Assembly: GCA_964016885.1 (NCBI GenBank)
Contig: OZ024742.1
Coordinates: 315,642,001-315,706,000 of the forward strand
Reading direction: 5' to 3'
Length of the DNA stretch: 64,000 bases
Source: Eledone cirrhosa
Taxonomy: Eukaryota
This document shows positions 12,801 to 25,829 of this stretch, one piece after another; position 1 is the stretch's first letter, and the number at the start of each line of letters is the position of its first letter. A program made the position numbers and the translations under genes. The notes below the pieces were generated by a model. That model searched no databases, was not told where the DNA came from, and worked only from the letters and a program-made list of their open reading frames with translations.

Positions 12801-13697
12801 AACAGCAATGCTGCATGGCAGTGAGACCTGGGCATTGTGTGCAGAGGATATACGCAGACTAGAGAGGAACGAAGCTTGCATGCTCCGCTGGATGTGCAAT
12901 AGTAATATACGTGAACGGCAAAGCATAAACGAACTAAGGAAAAAATTAGAAATAAGAGGGATCAGATGTTGTTTACTCGAGAGAAGGCTACGTTGGTACG
13001 GTCACGTGATGCGCATGAAAGTCGATAGCTGTATAACAAAGTGCAGGGCAATAAAGATAGACGGTAGCCACGGAGTAGGCAGACCCAGAAAAACATGGGA
13101 CGAGCTGATAAATTCCGACCTCACACGCTTACACCTCTCCAAGACAATGTCACTGGACCGAGACCTTTGGCGGTACTCAGTAATAGAGAAGACCCGCCTT
13201 ACCTAAATACAAAGTAAAAACCTACTACAGTCAGTAGGCACCTCTATCAAAACACACCCCCGTCCCTCCACACCGCCCCTTTCAATGTAAAGTTATGTTG
13301 GTCCCACAACATCCAGGCCGAAACAAATGAGATCGTGTAGGTGTCACGACAAAAAACACACAGTCCACGCTGTAAATGTGGCCGTGTAGGCAACACGGTA
13401 AAAACCTCCCAGCCCCACACTGTAAATGTGGTTGGTGTTAGGAAGGGCATCCAGCTGTAGAAAACCCGCCAGACAGTCCACGCTGTAATGTGGCCGTGTA
13501 GGCAACACGGTAAAAACCTCCCAGCCCCACACTGTAAATGTGGTTGGTGTTAGGAAGGGCATCCAACTGTAGAAAACCCGCCAGACAGTCCTATGCGAGC
13601 AAGACAACCACTCTTGCCTCAAGTGGGAAAACCCCCGTCCAAACCCATGCAAGCGTGGAACACGGACGCTAAACCTGATGATGATGATGATGATGAT
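9875..13697 (+). mobile_element. Apparently full-length RTE-clade non-LTR retrotransposon
   Basis: 5' leader, single APE+RT ORF, 3' UTR of about 490 bp, (GAT)n tail, then (TA)n. Confidence 0.95.
10186..13206 (+). CDS. RTE ORF: APE endonuclease, reverse transcriptase with inserted PHD-like Zn finger, RTE C-terminus
   Basis: NVGTL, IQETRW, GDLNGHVG, DYIL, SQH (APE); [36 protein letters not shown] (RT); RRLRWYGHV, GRPRKTW; uninterrupted 1006 aa. The true start may lie further upstream. Confidence 0.95.
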   Translation: MNVGTLKGRSNEVVEMLERKEVDVCCIQETRWRGGSARFIVGKERCYKLFWVGNDNGLGGVGIMVAEKWADKIIDVNRVNDRIIKIRLVLNKTTVTVISAYAPQSGQPRAIKDRFYETLMLATSQITDSDYIVIAGDLNGHVGQHCDGYDGIHGGYGFGTRNEEGSRILEFCDANNLTICNTNFKKRDNHLITYRSGEHTSQVDYILTRRRDRVSVVNTKSHPHEEFTSQHRLIISDLIVRTRRTRQRKRTILRRKIWKLKDPIARNKFQSKLLDAFDSKEEQLESYNIEEQWEFLRANLLTAADEVCGWSRPVGRRRVTWWWNSKVEESIKAKKQAWKVWRDGGSREDYQVARREARRQVYFARREAEERKFKHVLQREDQKREVFRIARQCVKENRDIVGEKCVLNDDGILAITDADKKVAWKCHYERLLNEENKWEKDSLPQIDPIEGPAVLVEGSIISKAIKDMKTGKAAGPSEIVAEMLKASGSVGHTMVTRIVNQVVQNGVVPKEWRSSIIVNCYKGKGDALDRSNYRGIKLIDQVMKVTEKVIAQLIRERIDLDEMQFGFVSGKSTTDALFIVRQLQEKYLAKSKPLYLAFVDLEKAFDRVPRSIIWWSLRKLGVDEWLVRAIQAMYKETVSKVRINNEYSEEFSVKVGVHQGSVLSPLLFIIALQAITEEFKTGCPWELLYADDLTLIAESMTELEKKFQTWKHGLESKGLKINLAKTKVLVCRKENKAAVPSGKWPCSVCRKGVGRNSILCPKCKVWVHKRCSGITGKLTKNIDFTCGRCSGAISSSKCPQNTSSFNCAEGSIEIVDSFRYLGDKISSGGGCSESTVARVRTGWKKFRELIPLLAARGFSLKMKGRLYDTCIRTAMLHGSETWALCAEDIRRLERNEACMLRWMCNSNIRERQSINELRKKLEIRGIRCCLLERRLRWYGHVMRMKVDSCITKCRAIKIDGSHGVGRPRKTWDELINSDLTRLHLSKTMSLDRDLWRYSVIEKTRLT

Positions 13698-13794
13698 ATA
13701 CATATACATATATATTTATATATATATATACATATACATTCATATATATATACATATACATATATATTTATATATACATATATATATATATGCT

Positions 13795-14272
13795 TGTGGG
13801 GGTGAGAGCTCTCAACTACCAATCAAATATGTGGGTGTCTCCTTTCAAAAAGACCATGAAAATGAGGCTAGTGAAGGCAATGTTAGTCATGGACATTAAC
13901 AAAAAACTCACACAAAGAGGATTAATAGCTCATTCATGCAGATGCTGAGAATGATCCAGAACATATCGTTGAGAATACGCGTAGTGGATAAATCATGCTA
14001 TGTCTCTCACATTCACCTTTCTGATATCATATGGTGTAGGAGGCTCGTATTAGTCATACATGTGAAATGTGCCAATGAATCTGCTAGCAGAGTTCTTTTC
14101 TGGAAACTTGATTTGTACAGACAAGTAGAGAGATCAACCACCACACTCACTAATGTTCTTGAAGATGACACCAGGTTGGAGGCAGTGCAAATTTAGATGG
14201 TAATGCTAGACAGGGTGAGCTGGAAGAAGAACTTCAGGTCACCTGCAATAGATGTACAGAAGTAAGAAGAAT
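13795..14272 (+). mobile_element. Degenerate RTE-like LINE 3' fragment
   Basis: MLRMIQNISL..RRLVLVIHV..ASRVLFW..LEDDTRLE..MLDRVSWKK with stops; AAG-like tail. Confidence 0.55.
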
Positions 14273-14580
14273 GTATGTATATATTTTTTTGTAGAACGAG
14301 AGACTTCTAGTCTTCATTAAGACATCTCTAGGAGAAGGTCACTCTGATATAAAACCTGCGACTTCGTTTGCATCCAATGATGTAGACCAGTTCTACTTTT
14401 TGGGTAAATGCATTTGATGTTCAGAGAGTGGGATTGGCCTCGTGCAAAGCCTTTCCTCACTTAAAAAAGCTACCAGCACAGACAACGCTTGATATGTGAC
14501 ATTTTTTGCGATACATGACATGGCAGGCTATAGACAAGTCTCTGGCATGATTAAAAAGCCAAGTCCATGATGCTTATGTT

Positions 14581-14790
14581 TATCCCTTTAGCATTTAAAC
14601 TGGCGATATCCGAGCAGAATTCTCTCACCTCTTTCTGTTCAAAGCCATAACCTGCCACTCATACTGATGTTAAGGTATTGTTCTCAAAATAAATAATATC
14701 AATATTTCATAGATTCAATATTATGTGAGGTAAAGCCTTTACCGTGGAAATATAATAGTAATTATAGAGTAATGTAAATGCTAAATTATC
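14581..14790. mobile_element. Degenerate MITE with piggyBac-like ends
   Basis: Left CCCTTTAGCATTTA, right TAAATGCTAAA (inverted termini). Confidence 0.4.
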
Positions 14791-15869
14791 AAGCGATGGC
14801 ATTACTCGAAATTGAATTGCAGCCATTATGTATGTGTCTGTCTTCCCTACCTTGCTCCTCACATCTTCGTTGCTATATCTCCTTTTTGTCTAAATCTCTT
14901 ACTCTTATTGCTTCATCTCTTTTTTTCTCATACTCATTAGTTTGTTTTCTGCTTTCCTCAGTGTTTCAGTATGAAATAACACCTTCTCTGTCTCTCTGTC
15001 ACCTCAACCCACCTTTACACTATCATCTCCTCCCCCTCTTTCTCTTACCTTCTCCCTACATTCTTTCTATCTCCTTCCATTTCTTTCTCTTTCACTTCCA
15101 TTTGGTTTCCTTCATTTTACCCTTAATGACCCTTCTATATCACTTTTAACCCCATGTAAATCACACATATTCATTCTCTCTTTTTCTTTCTGTGTCACCC
15201 CCCCCCCCCCTCACATTTGTATATATATACATATATGCATCATTATTCTTAATTTTTCTGTTTCGGAGACAATAATTTTATATTCAGTCACCTCTCTATA
15301 CCTATAAGTTACAAGAAACTCTATCTATGATTAGAATTCATAAGAAAATAGTAAAATATATATTCACGGTGAATGTTTACAATAAAATAAATGGAGGTGA
15401 TAGAATTTTATTTATTTAGGTCCCGCTAAAAGCCAGCAAATCATAAAACAATAACCATCTGTTAAGCCAACCTACCACATCTGAACATGCCTTTCTGATC
15501 TGGCTATTAATGTAACTGCTATGAAGACTCAATCTCTGGTGTCGGTTCCTTCATAACTTGTTTTAGTATTGTTTCTTTGAAGATGACTATGTGCATTGTA
15601 AAAAAAAAAGATGTTTCTTCTTTCATTTGTACAAATGTTATATTGCACCTACTTTCTATGCCTTCCAAACGCATATTTTTGGATTATGAAGATCTCAACA
15701 TTAAATAGGCTAAATTTCCCAATCGTTTGTTTAAGCAAGCAGGCATGCATGTATTTCAAATTGATAATGTTATTAGAGCATTCGTTTAAATGCTTCAGTA
15801 TTTGTTCCAGCTCTTGCTGGATTTGCATTCAAATCTCAACAAAGTCAAGTTTGCTTTTCATTTTTTCAG

Positions 15870-17300
15870 ACCAATAAATAAAATACCAGTCCATATGTGT
15901 GGCTGCAAGACCACAGAACATGACCATCATACAAGCCTATATGCCAACATTTGAATATAACGATGATGTCGTCGAAGGGTTTTTATGAAGATCTAGAGAA
16001 GATCATCAGGAAGGACAGCTCCTGAAAAAGACATTCTCATTAACTCAAGAGACTGGAATGTCTAAGTAATCCCGGATGAATATGACTAATGAACAGGGAG
16101 AGTGGAACGATTTGAGTTTAGTCAGAGAAATCAACGATCATGGACTCCGACTCCTAGAACTTAGTAGCACCCACAAGCTGTCCCTAGCCAACATACAGTT
16201 CTCACGCAAGACTTTGTAAAGAACAACATGACAAGCAACCCCCTATGATGAGACTTATAATTAAATTGATTTTATTCTTGCCTCTCAGAGGTTAAAAGCC
16301 TAGACTAAGACCTTCCTTGGTGTGGATGTCAGCAGTGATCATGATTGGGTTCTGATGTCACAGGCTCAAAAGGATCCGCATGTATTAGGATTGCTGTAAA
16401 CAAGCTAAAAGATCCCAAGGTTGAAGCATTGCTGTAAACCAGCTAAAAGATCCCAAGGTTCGAGGCCAGTGAACGGCTGGTTTGCAGAATATACATACTC
16501 CTTGACCGACATGATAGAAGCACCTCATGAAACAACTCTAGAAATTATGTGGAGAAGAGGGAAAAAGAAATCATGGTTCCCTAATGACATCTTGGACATA
16601 TGTGATTTTTTATGAGACCTAAAGAATCCCAAATCAACTGGTCAGGAGGCAAGGCAGCAAATTGATGCCATGAATAGGAAGGTTAGGAAGCCAAAGATGA
16701 GTGCAAAAACATTGAAATTGGGATAAGAAAGGATAACAACTAGTCTACTTATGAAAGCCTTAACATTCTAACACAAACAAAGCAACACATCACCACAGTC
16801 ATTGAAACTGCTGTCATCAGAAGATAGTCTAAGTTTTATGAAGACCTTTATAACCACACAGTCATTCATGATAACCTCAGCATCCTGGATATTTCCACCA
16901 CAAAGAATAATGAACTTGGGGATATTCCAATTCCTCAGGAAGAATTTGAAGAAGTGATGTGCATACTCAAATTTGGAAATCCTCAAAGTGGATGACATCT
17001 CATTAGAGCTCCCAAAACACTGAGGGCCAAAACTTATCAAAGCACTGACAGTTTCCTGTCAGAAGATATGGGAAACAATACAGTGGCCAAAGGAATAGTC
17101 CCAATCATCGATGGTACCTAATCTCAAGAAAGATAACTTTAGATTCTTCCAGAATTACAGAACAATCTGTCTAACTCGGTGAAGTAGTGCTAAAGAGACT
17201 TAAAGGGATGACAGAAGATCAGACAGGATTGTAACCAAAAGGAGTACAATGGAGTAGATATTTAACATCAGACTACTAACTGAAAAAACATCTGCAACAC
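15870..17300 (+). pseudogene. Heavily decayed RTE/BovB-like ORF (APE to RT start)
   Basis: Remnants TIIQAYMPTFEYNDDVVEGF, DWN, IDFILA, DVSSDHD, WPKE, NYRTI; many stops. Confidence 0.7.
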
Positions 17301-17421
17301 CTATCTGACTTCATCGACATGGATATTTTTAATGAAGATTTGTGGTACTGAGTCTATGAGAGATAACGTGCTAGCGTGGAAGATAGACGTTAAACGACGT
17401 TGATGATGATGATGATGATCG

Positions 17422-18010
17422 GATAATTTCAAATTTAGATTATTTATGTTGCTAGAGTTATCAACCAAAAATACCAATTCACATAAATAGTTTTTATCCT
17501 TAATTTCTATAAAGTGAAAGCCTTTAATATCTATGAAAAGTTCCATTTCATCTTTCAGCTCATTTGAGAATACAGCCTTTCTTTATCAAGCCAATCTCAC
17601 CATGGTACAAGGAATAACCATGTTTTAGTTCGAGGTCTTTTAAAATGTATTTACATTCTCCGTTGTTCAATTCCTTATTGTTTGGGAAGTTAATATATAT
17701 TGTTTCCACTTTTATTACATAGTTCGTTCTCAGAGGATGTTCGCATAATATTTGTTGGTGAAAACAATAACTGCATGCTATTTAATTATTAAAATCCAGT
17801 TAATGTTTTTTTTTTGTTTTTTTACTATGTCTTAATTAAAAAAAACAATGTTTTTAAACATCTTCCATCGTGATGTCCTCAACACGTTGCTAATATTTCC
17901 ATGAAATTGAATCGCTTATTACTAATTTGATCTCAGAAAAAACATCTTCGTTTCTTTAACCTGACTCATACAAGACCGTTTATTTTTAAATGTTTATATC
18001 TATCTAAAAA
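17422..18010 (-). pseudogene. Decayed hAT (Charlie/SPIN/GTF2IRD2-like) transposase fragment
   Basis: ORF 17301-17546(-) LCELVFLVDNSSNINNLNLKL resembles the hAT motif LAFLxDI..HLNxLNLKLQ; joined to an RTE-type (GAT)n tail at about 17370-17420. Confidence 0.5.
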
Positions 18011-18069
18011 CATTCCAACGTAATTTTATATAAGAACATTTGTTAAATTATGTTCCAAACACCAGATTA

Positions 18070-18260
18070 ATAATTGTTTCTACTTTTGGCACAAGGCCAG
18101 CAATCACCCCAGTGCATTACTGCTGCTTTATTTTATCGACCCTGTAAGGATGAACGGCAAAGCTAACCTCGGTGAGATTTGAACCCAGAACGTAAAGGGC
18201 CATAAGTCTATGCTGCAAAGCATGATGCCTGACGCTCTAACGATACTGCCACCGCAATAA
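18070..18260 (-). mobile_element. tRNA-derived SINE with Nin/Deu-like core (octopus-type)
   Basis: Reverse complement of the GTTCAAATC..GCCTTTCATCCT..GGGTCGATAAAATAAAG..TTGTGCCAAAAGTAGAAAC family; further degenerate copies near 21615, 22305, 23200, 24280, 35825, 37540, 43255, 43435, 45630, 53945. Confidence 0.8.
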
Positions 18261-18985
18261 TGACAAAGCTAGTATTATTAATAAATCCTTCCAAAATTGA
18301 TTCATTATTTTTCAAATTATTCAAAATTATTTTCAAAATTATAGGCAATATTTTTCCTTAAAAATGTTCTTATATCGTAAGGTTTCTCGTTATTTTACCT
18401 CAAACACAGCCGTATTTACTACATCTGTTGTCTCGTTTATAAGCTGGAACGGAACTCAAGGTCTCCTTCTGTGCTAGACCTGTCAAGAATGAACCACACC
18501 CCAAATATCTTGGCGTAATATTGGATCGCAGCCTGCAAGTGGCTAAGTATTCGATAGACTTTTGCGCCCTTTCACGTGAATCGTGGGGATAATCAGCATG
18601 ACAGTATGTGACAAAGCCGACTTTGCAAATTACAGCTTTATATATCATTATTCTCTGTTGTGCTATTGTTTAACCTCAAGTCAGCCCTGATTTACTAAAC
18701 CTATAATCAGAGGGCTTCTAGCCGTGACTAACTGTCATGTTGTTTAGCCATTAGTATATTATATTAACTCATACGTCCTTTCTAAGACGATATAGGGTAA
18801 TTTAATTAACGGTGATTTGACTGTTATTTCCAACAACGTAGAGCCTCCTGTGTGTGTTTAAATGGCTGTAAAGGGGAGGATTCTACATATGCATGTCATC
18901 TGGTCGAGTTTGCTCGGATTATAATCTTTTGACAGCTTAATGAAATCTTTGGTTAACAGCTCTATAGATTTTATGATAGCAGTAT

Positions 18986-19019
18986 TTATTTACCGTAACC
19001 TCGAGGTTACGGTAAATAA
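18986..19019. repeat. Perfect 34-bp spacerless palindrome
   Basis: TTATTTACCGTAACCTC|GAGGTTACGGTAAATAA. Confidence 0.9.
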
Positions 19020-20029
19020 CATTTGCCTAAGATACGACGCATAGGATCGAAACCAAGGCCTAATGATTCCGAAATAAATTTCATAACCATCCGGCCATGC
19101 TGCGCCCACATAGCTATCTAGATATAAAGATTAAGTTAATAATCTTAAATATCAATTTATAATATAATAATGTAGGTTTAGAATATTGTCATCAACTTTA
19201 TAGATAAAATCTTCTCTAATAGTTTCCCAACGTATAATGGTAAATTTAAACCGGTTCTGATTAACATACACGCAAAACAAACTAGAAATAGTTCTCAGCT
19301 ATTTTTATAAGAAACAACTCCCAAAAGAGAAAAAAGCAATTAAAGAGAAAACAACTTGAGCTTTTTGTCGTTTTGTTGTGATCCAACAGGAGGCGTGGCT
19401 CGAACATTGCGTCTTCCCAGTGTACTTGCTCTTCCGTCTTATTTCTTAAAGCGTAGTTGTCCGGTGAGAAGGATTATAATCTAATTGCCGATGACAGAGA
19501 GAGAGAAGGGGTAGGAGACAGATCGTTATGACATCCCCACGAAGGATATTTAGGCTGTATGAGAGTTAAAAATCATAGTTTTACATCCGGTTTTCCTTAC
19601 TTGGGCTGGGCTAGTGATTCTCAAACGGGAGGCATTTGGCTTCTAGAAGAGGAATTGAGGAGGCATGTTTGGGGATGTATCCAACCTAGGAAATAATAGT
19701 GTACATTGTGTATATATCAAAAGAAATACCAATATACCCAGCTAAAAGGGTGATCACGAATTAGTTCTTCACAAAAATCTAATATGGAAATTTGCTTTAC
19801 AAATATATTTTTTTAAATAATTAACACTGTTAATGTATAATGAGACACTACCCCTTATCTGCCGCAGACACTACCCCATTATCTGCCGCAGAGCCAACCT
19901 TTAGTTGACGCTGACACTAATTTACTGCTGAGTGACATAGAGCAGCATGAAATGGAGTGCCATGCTCATGGACACAACACCTCACTAGGTCTGGGAATCG
20001 AACCATCTGCCTTCTAAGCAGATGTATAA

Positions 20030-20392
20030 CAAATTGTCCCCCTGTATTCGCGGTGGTTACGGTCCTAGAGCACCCGCGAAGAGTGAAAAATCGCGAATAT
20101 CGGACGCGGTCCATAAAATGCCTATAAATGTCAAAACATAACGTAAAATATAGGGCGGCAAATACGGTATATTGTATACGGTATAATTTAACGTTAAAAA
20201 GCGTGAAAAAATATATATTTCCATGAAAAAAGCCATTTAAAAAATCTCGGAATCGTAAACATCTTCCGCGATTTGTTCTATGGCCTTTTTCGTGGCAATA
20301 TATATTTTTTAACGCTAAATTATACGGTGGTTTCTACGAACAATTATTAGTTGGGTTCTAAGGAAAATTCCGCGAATGCCGGTGGTATACTA
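20030..20392. mobile_element. Tigger/pogo-like MITE
   Basis: Imperfect TIRs CTGTATTCGCGG / CCGCGAATGCCGG; internal CGCGAA repeats. Confidence 0.5.
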
Positions 20393-23300
20393 TATATATA
20401 TAAGTAGAAGATAAGGTTTTATTTCACCGCATTTAAATTTATGAAAAAGCTGTTATGCGTATTTCAATGGAATTTGCGTGTTGTTACGTCATTGTAAACT
20501 AGATGTAATTCGTGCAGATGCGATTTTGTCAGACAACATCCGATTGTATAAATGTTCATGATATATCGACCTGTTGGTTTTCGGTGTTAGTTCTTCCCTA
20601 GCCGGTCGATATCTCTATATTATTAGTTTCCGTCTTTCTTATAAACTAGTGGACATGCGCCGTCAATAATAATTTCTTTATTAGGCACACAGCCAATAAT
20701 GACGGCAATAACGTTGAATATATTTCATTTCGATGCCATATATACCATGATTACTGGATATATGAACACTCATACACAGCAAGACATTTGTAGTTTGATG
20801 AATTAATGCTTTGCATAAGAGAAACCCTATAGTTCATGGGGGGGGGGGGGAGGGGGGAGAAATGAAGAAAGATAAGAACCAAAAATCAGAAATTATTCCT
20901 AGAACAGCACAATGCTAAAAACATACATTAATGAACATTAGAATGATAAGGTTTAACTCTAACAACAGTAATGGTTGCACCAATCACACTAGTCCTCTTT
21001 ACTATGAAATTACACTAACCTACCACAGACCAACATCACTTTCATCGAGAAAGTGAGACAGTGAAGGTCCAGAAATATTGTTGATGGAGTTTAGAAATAT
21101 TACTGCTGCTCCAAACTGGAAAGAACTATTTCAAACGTCAAAGAATATTAATAAAAATGTATACCAAGAACATAGTTCTGTTTTCAATACAATGTCTAAA
21201 CCGAAAGAGGTTCTCCACATATGCAACTCTCTCTCTCTCTATCTCTCTCTCTCTCACAGTGGGTGTGCTTATATGTGTTTCTGTCCTCATGCTCATTTTA
21301 ATATACATACAAATATATACATATTCAATTATTTTTTAAAGACCAAAGCATGTCGAATTGGATTATATATGAATATATTAAAATGTTATACACACACATG
21401 TATAAACACAGAGAGAAGAGAGAGAATGACACACATACATATATGCATGAATGTCTAATGTCTATATGCATGAATATCTAATGTCTATGTCCTGCACTTA
21501 CATTGTAACAGCTTGTTTGTATTGTGGTAGAAATTACTTAACAAATGAGTGACTATAGGAACAATGACATTCAGCGCAAGGTCAGAACAGTCTTAGGTCG
21601 TATGTAGAGTGTATTGCAGGCGATGAATTGGCAAAGTCGTTAGAACGCCCCCCCCCCTCTCAGTTCAATTTTTGCCTTTCATCTATTTAAAGTCTATAAA
21701 ATAAGTACCAGTCTAGTACTATGGTCGATTCTTCCTCTATAATTCTTTCTCACCTCACTCCTCTCTCTCTCTATCCTTTTCTGGCATAAATCTGCTGTAT
21801 TCAGACCTGGAGAGGAGATGGGCTCCGCTAGGTTTAGAACTGCCCAAGAAACGCCGTATGTCAATATGGTGCCTCCACCGACTTCCCCCAGGAGTTACGG
21901 GACCATACACGCATACATACATGCATGCATGCATGCATTGCGTTGCAGAAGGAAAATACCCCACAGACGTGTGTAATATATCTGAATATGATTGGTGTGT
22001 GTGTAGAGCCTATGAGAGAGGGGTTCCAGCCTGTACTTTGTTCCGGGGCCCAAGAGCTAAGAAAGCCCCACAGCAATCACGCAACATACATTTTGAGAAA
22101 ATCCTTTGCCTGTTACGGGCCACAAAGGGGTCTTGTACCGCCTTGCAAAATTTTTCTTAGAGGCCGTGAGTGTGTGTCTCACGTTTAACCCTATGCAGAG
22201 TGTATTGCGAAGAGAAAATACATCAGTGAAATATTGTGTAATATATACAGTATATGTAAATATTTTTAGAGTGTTGTCTTACGTTTGTAATATAGTGAAC
22301 TGAATTAAGGGCAGTATCGGTAGAGCGTCAGACAGCATCCTTTGCGGCTGTTTACATTTTGAGTTCAAATCCCACCGAGGTTAGCCATGCCTTTCATCTT
22401 TACGTGTTTGATAAAATAAAATACTAGTAACGCACTAGGTTCAAATTGCTGACCTTGAGCCAAATGTAAAATCAATAGAGTGAACTAAATAACATCAACA
22501 AAATGAGATTATGCAAGCAATTAACAACCAAATATTTCCTCTAAGAAGTGTGTTTAACCATTTTGATCCGAAACAGCCCCTGGTTCTATCACTTAAAAAA
22601 AAAAAGTGTTTCTTTTAAATTAGTTACGTATATTTATCCAGAGACCTTCAGTCATAATTTTTGTAAGTTCCACTAACACCAACTTAAGAACGTTTTCTAA
22701 TTTAGGCAAAATGCCAGTAATTCATACATACACACATGCGCGGAAGCACACACACATACAGGGGCCTCGTTTACCTTTAAAATGTGAGGGGGACAAACCA
22801 ACATTTGTTGATTCTTAAAGGACCATAAATTGCTTATGGCGCCTTTCCCGGACCCTATCACATAAGGAAAATTTTACGCTAATTAAATTTTATATATTGA
22901 AATGAAGTTCAGATATAAAAGAATAAGCTTAAAAAGAATTTATTATATCAAATAAACCAACAATAAAATAGACGTTTGAAAAAGCAAGGCCCTTGCACAC
23001 ATACATAGCATTTGGATAGCACCTATTGTGGTATCGACAGTAATAACAATAATCGATGAAAATGATAATTAGTATAACGATTATATACGCTGTCTTTATT
23101 CTCTTTCATCATAAGCTACATGATACAATGAATCCCATATCATGTTTTTTTTTTCTTCCCAAATGTTGACTTTGTTGTAGTTCTTGTTATAGCTATTGTT
23201 ATAACCCTTTGGCAAAATTCTTTGAACTCCTGACGAAATGACTTGCAGTATTTGTTTCAAATCCCGCTGAAGTCAACTTTACTTTTCATCCTTCAGGTGT

Positions 23301-23779
23301 CGATAAAATAGAACCAATCAAGTACTGGGAAAGGTTGAATCTATATAAAAATTTGAGCGACTTCCGTCCGTCCGTCACACATTATGTGTGTGTATTTGTG
23401 TGAATGTATGTATGTGTAAAAGGAAGGAAGGTGGTGGTTAGAAAACTATAGCAAAACAGTAGCTGGCGTTTCATTTGCTACGATGTGTTTGTGTGAATGT
23501 ATGTCTGTGAGTGTATTTTTGTAAGTGTGTTTGCACGTTTATATTTATATACTCATACATGTAAATGTATGCACACACACACACATATACACATACGCGT
23601 CATCGTGTTGAGAAATATTCTAGTCTAATAAACTCTCAAGCCTATGCTAGAAATACTTTAAAGTCGGTGATATGGCAGAATAGTTACTATGTCGGACGAA
23701 ATGCTTTGCAACAGAAAAAAAACTAGGGTCGGTTTAACGGACTAATCCTGCTTTCGAAATTCCCTTCCTTCTAACTATA

Positions 23780-23958
23780 CGAGGGTCACTGAAAAGTTCA
23801 TAGGCTGACCAAGATACTCTCATGGAATTACCAAATGAGGTTTATTTTTCAAAATAGTCCCTGGAAAGAAATTATGTAGTTATTAACAAGAAGAGTTGAA
23901 ATTCATGCATGTAAGATTTCCTTCATATTCAGCTTATGGACCTTTCAACCGACCCTCG
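23780..23958. mobile_element. Mariner-type MITE
   Basis: TA|CGAGGGTCACTGAAAAGTTCATA ... TATGGACCTTTCAACCGACCCTCG|TA, with TA target duplication. Confidence 0.85.
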
Positions 23959-25829
23959 TATTAGAAATAACGAGGAGGGTCATTTAAACCCAATCGCAAG
24001 AGTGTCAGACATAATGTCTTGCGGTTGTCAAATCATGGACTCAATTTAATCGGCTAACGTTTCTTTTTAAATGGCTGGATTTGTGGTTATGTTACAAGCA
24101 ATTATTATCGTTGTTGTTGTCAGCCATCCTCATCTACAACTGCTAAATCTCTGCCTATTCAATTGTTAGTAAATACTCCTATCCTTTCTGATATCTCAAG
24201 CATCGTGAGTAGCCTCCCATGGCATCCTCGTAGTACAGCGTATCCAATTCTGAAATAGTGGGACAAGAAAGAAAGCTCAACTTCAGTAACTCACTAGTAC
24301 TTTATTTATCGATCCTGATAAGATTGAACGACAAAGTTGATCGTGATGTGATTTAGACTCGGTGACCAGAGAGCCGGATCAATTGCCACAAAGTTTTTTT
24401 TTAGCTGACATTCCAAAGACTGCCATTGTCAATACATTAAGTTATTTATTTTCTTATATCTATCAGCTAAACTCACTTCTTCGTTATTCATGTGTGGCCG
24501 TGTGTATATATGCGTGAAAGTATCTACTCGTGGGTTTGGTCAAGGAGATTTTTTATTCGATAGGCGCATGTATACATATACTAATATCATAGAGTACATA
24601 TGTTGTTTTATTTCTTCTCTACTGAGTATGCGTAATAAATTGATGTTTTTCTTCCTAATATATATTTACATAGTTTGTTACTGTGTATGTCTGTTTCTCC
24701 TCCCCTTCATTCATTTTTATGTAACAGTCTTTTACCACCTCCCTCTTAACCTTTAACTCGACAAAATACTTCAGCAATGCCGGTACCTTATAAATATAAT
24801 GCACAAAAATATATCAATGTGTAAATATGAAAATACACTCTTGATAGGTGCAATGTGTTTGAACACGGAAGAGCCGAACTCCCACCGTCATCGCCCCTAT
24901 CTCTCTCTATAGTGAGCAAATGAGGTCCCACGTGTTGGCCGCCCCAGAGCCCCGGCGGACAGAATGGAGAAGGCGTTTCCCCGGAGGATGGTAAGGGAGA
25001 TGCGCTTGAAGAGCCACCCGCTTGCTGCCATATTTCAGACTTTGCGCTTTTACCTCTTTCCCCACTTCTCATTCCCTTTCACTATCTCATCATCTCTCTC
25101 TCTCTCTCTCCTCTCTCTCTTGCTATTTGTTCTTTTTCATAAGACGCTCCGCCGGGGTGTCATAACGAATGCTCTCTCTTTCTATAGCTATGTATTTCTT
25201 TCTCTTTCTATCTCCTACCCCACTCACTCAATACTCCGGAATATAGTTCGTAATTGTCATTTAAACAATATAACAGGAGCCTCTTCCACATCAGTTGTAT
25301 ATCAGAAGAAACCGTCACCGAATCATCATTTTTCTTACCTGTTGTACAAACCTGGCTGGACACAGAACACTGCACAAACATTCGAAACGTTCTATAGAGT
25401 TATGAAATAATACATATGAATAAGCCATAGATGACTAACATCATTAAGTAATGTCAGTTTCATGAGGAGATAAAACGTCTCCATCCTTTTGAAGAAAAAA
25501 AAAAAAGAAAAATGAGTCTATAAATCCTGGAAAACTAGAAGTCCAGTATTGGGAAAAAAAAAAAACAAAAAAACACAAGGGATTGACATTCCAAATTCAC
25601 TATTCTCCTTTTACTTTGCTCCATTTTTCAAATTAAATGACACGACGGTTCAGTTATATTCAAATATTGTAAGCGCGTCCATTGAGAATATCGTTACGAT
25701 GTATGCGAAAATGTAAAACAAATATTGATATCCCAGACAGAAATGTTAACCTTTATTTCTATATACTTTTTTTTATATAATTGTCTGCTGGTGGGTTTTG
25801 TATTTCGCTCTATATCTTTTTTGCGTGAC

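Noticed and set aside
14800-25800. Host protein-coding exons
   Set aside because: Short ORFs are low-complexity or TE-derived; small exons cannot be excluded without RNA data
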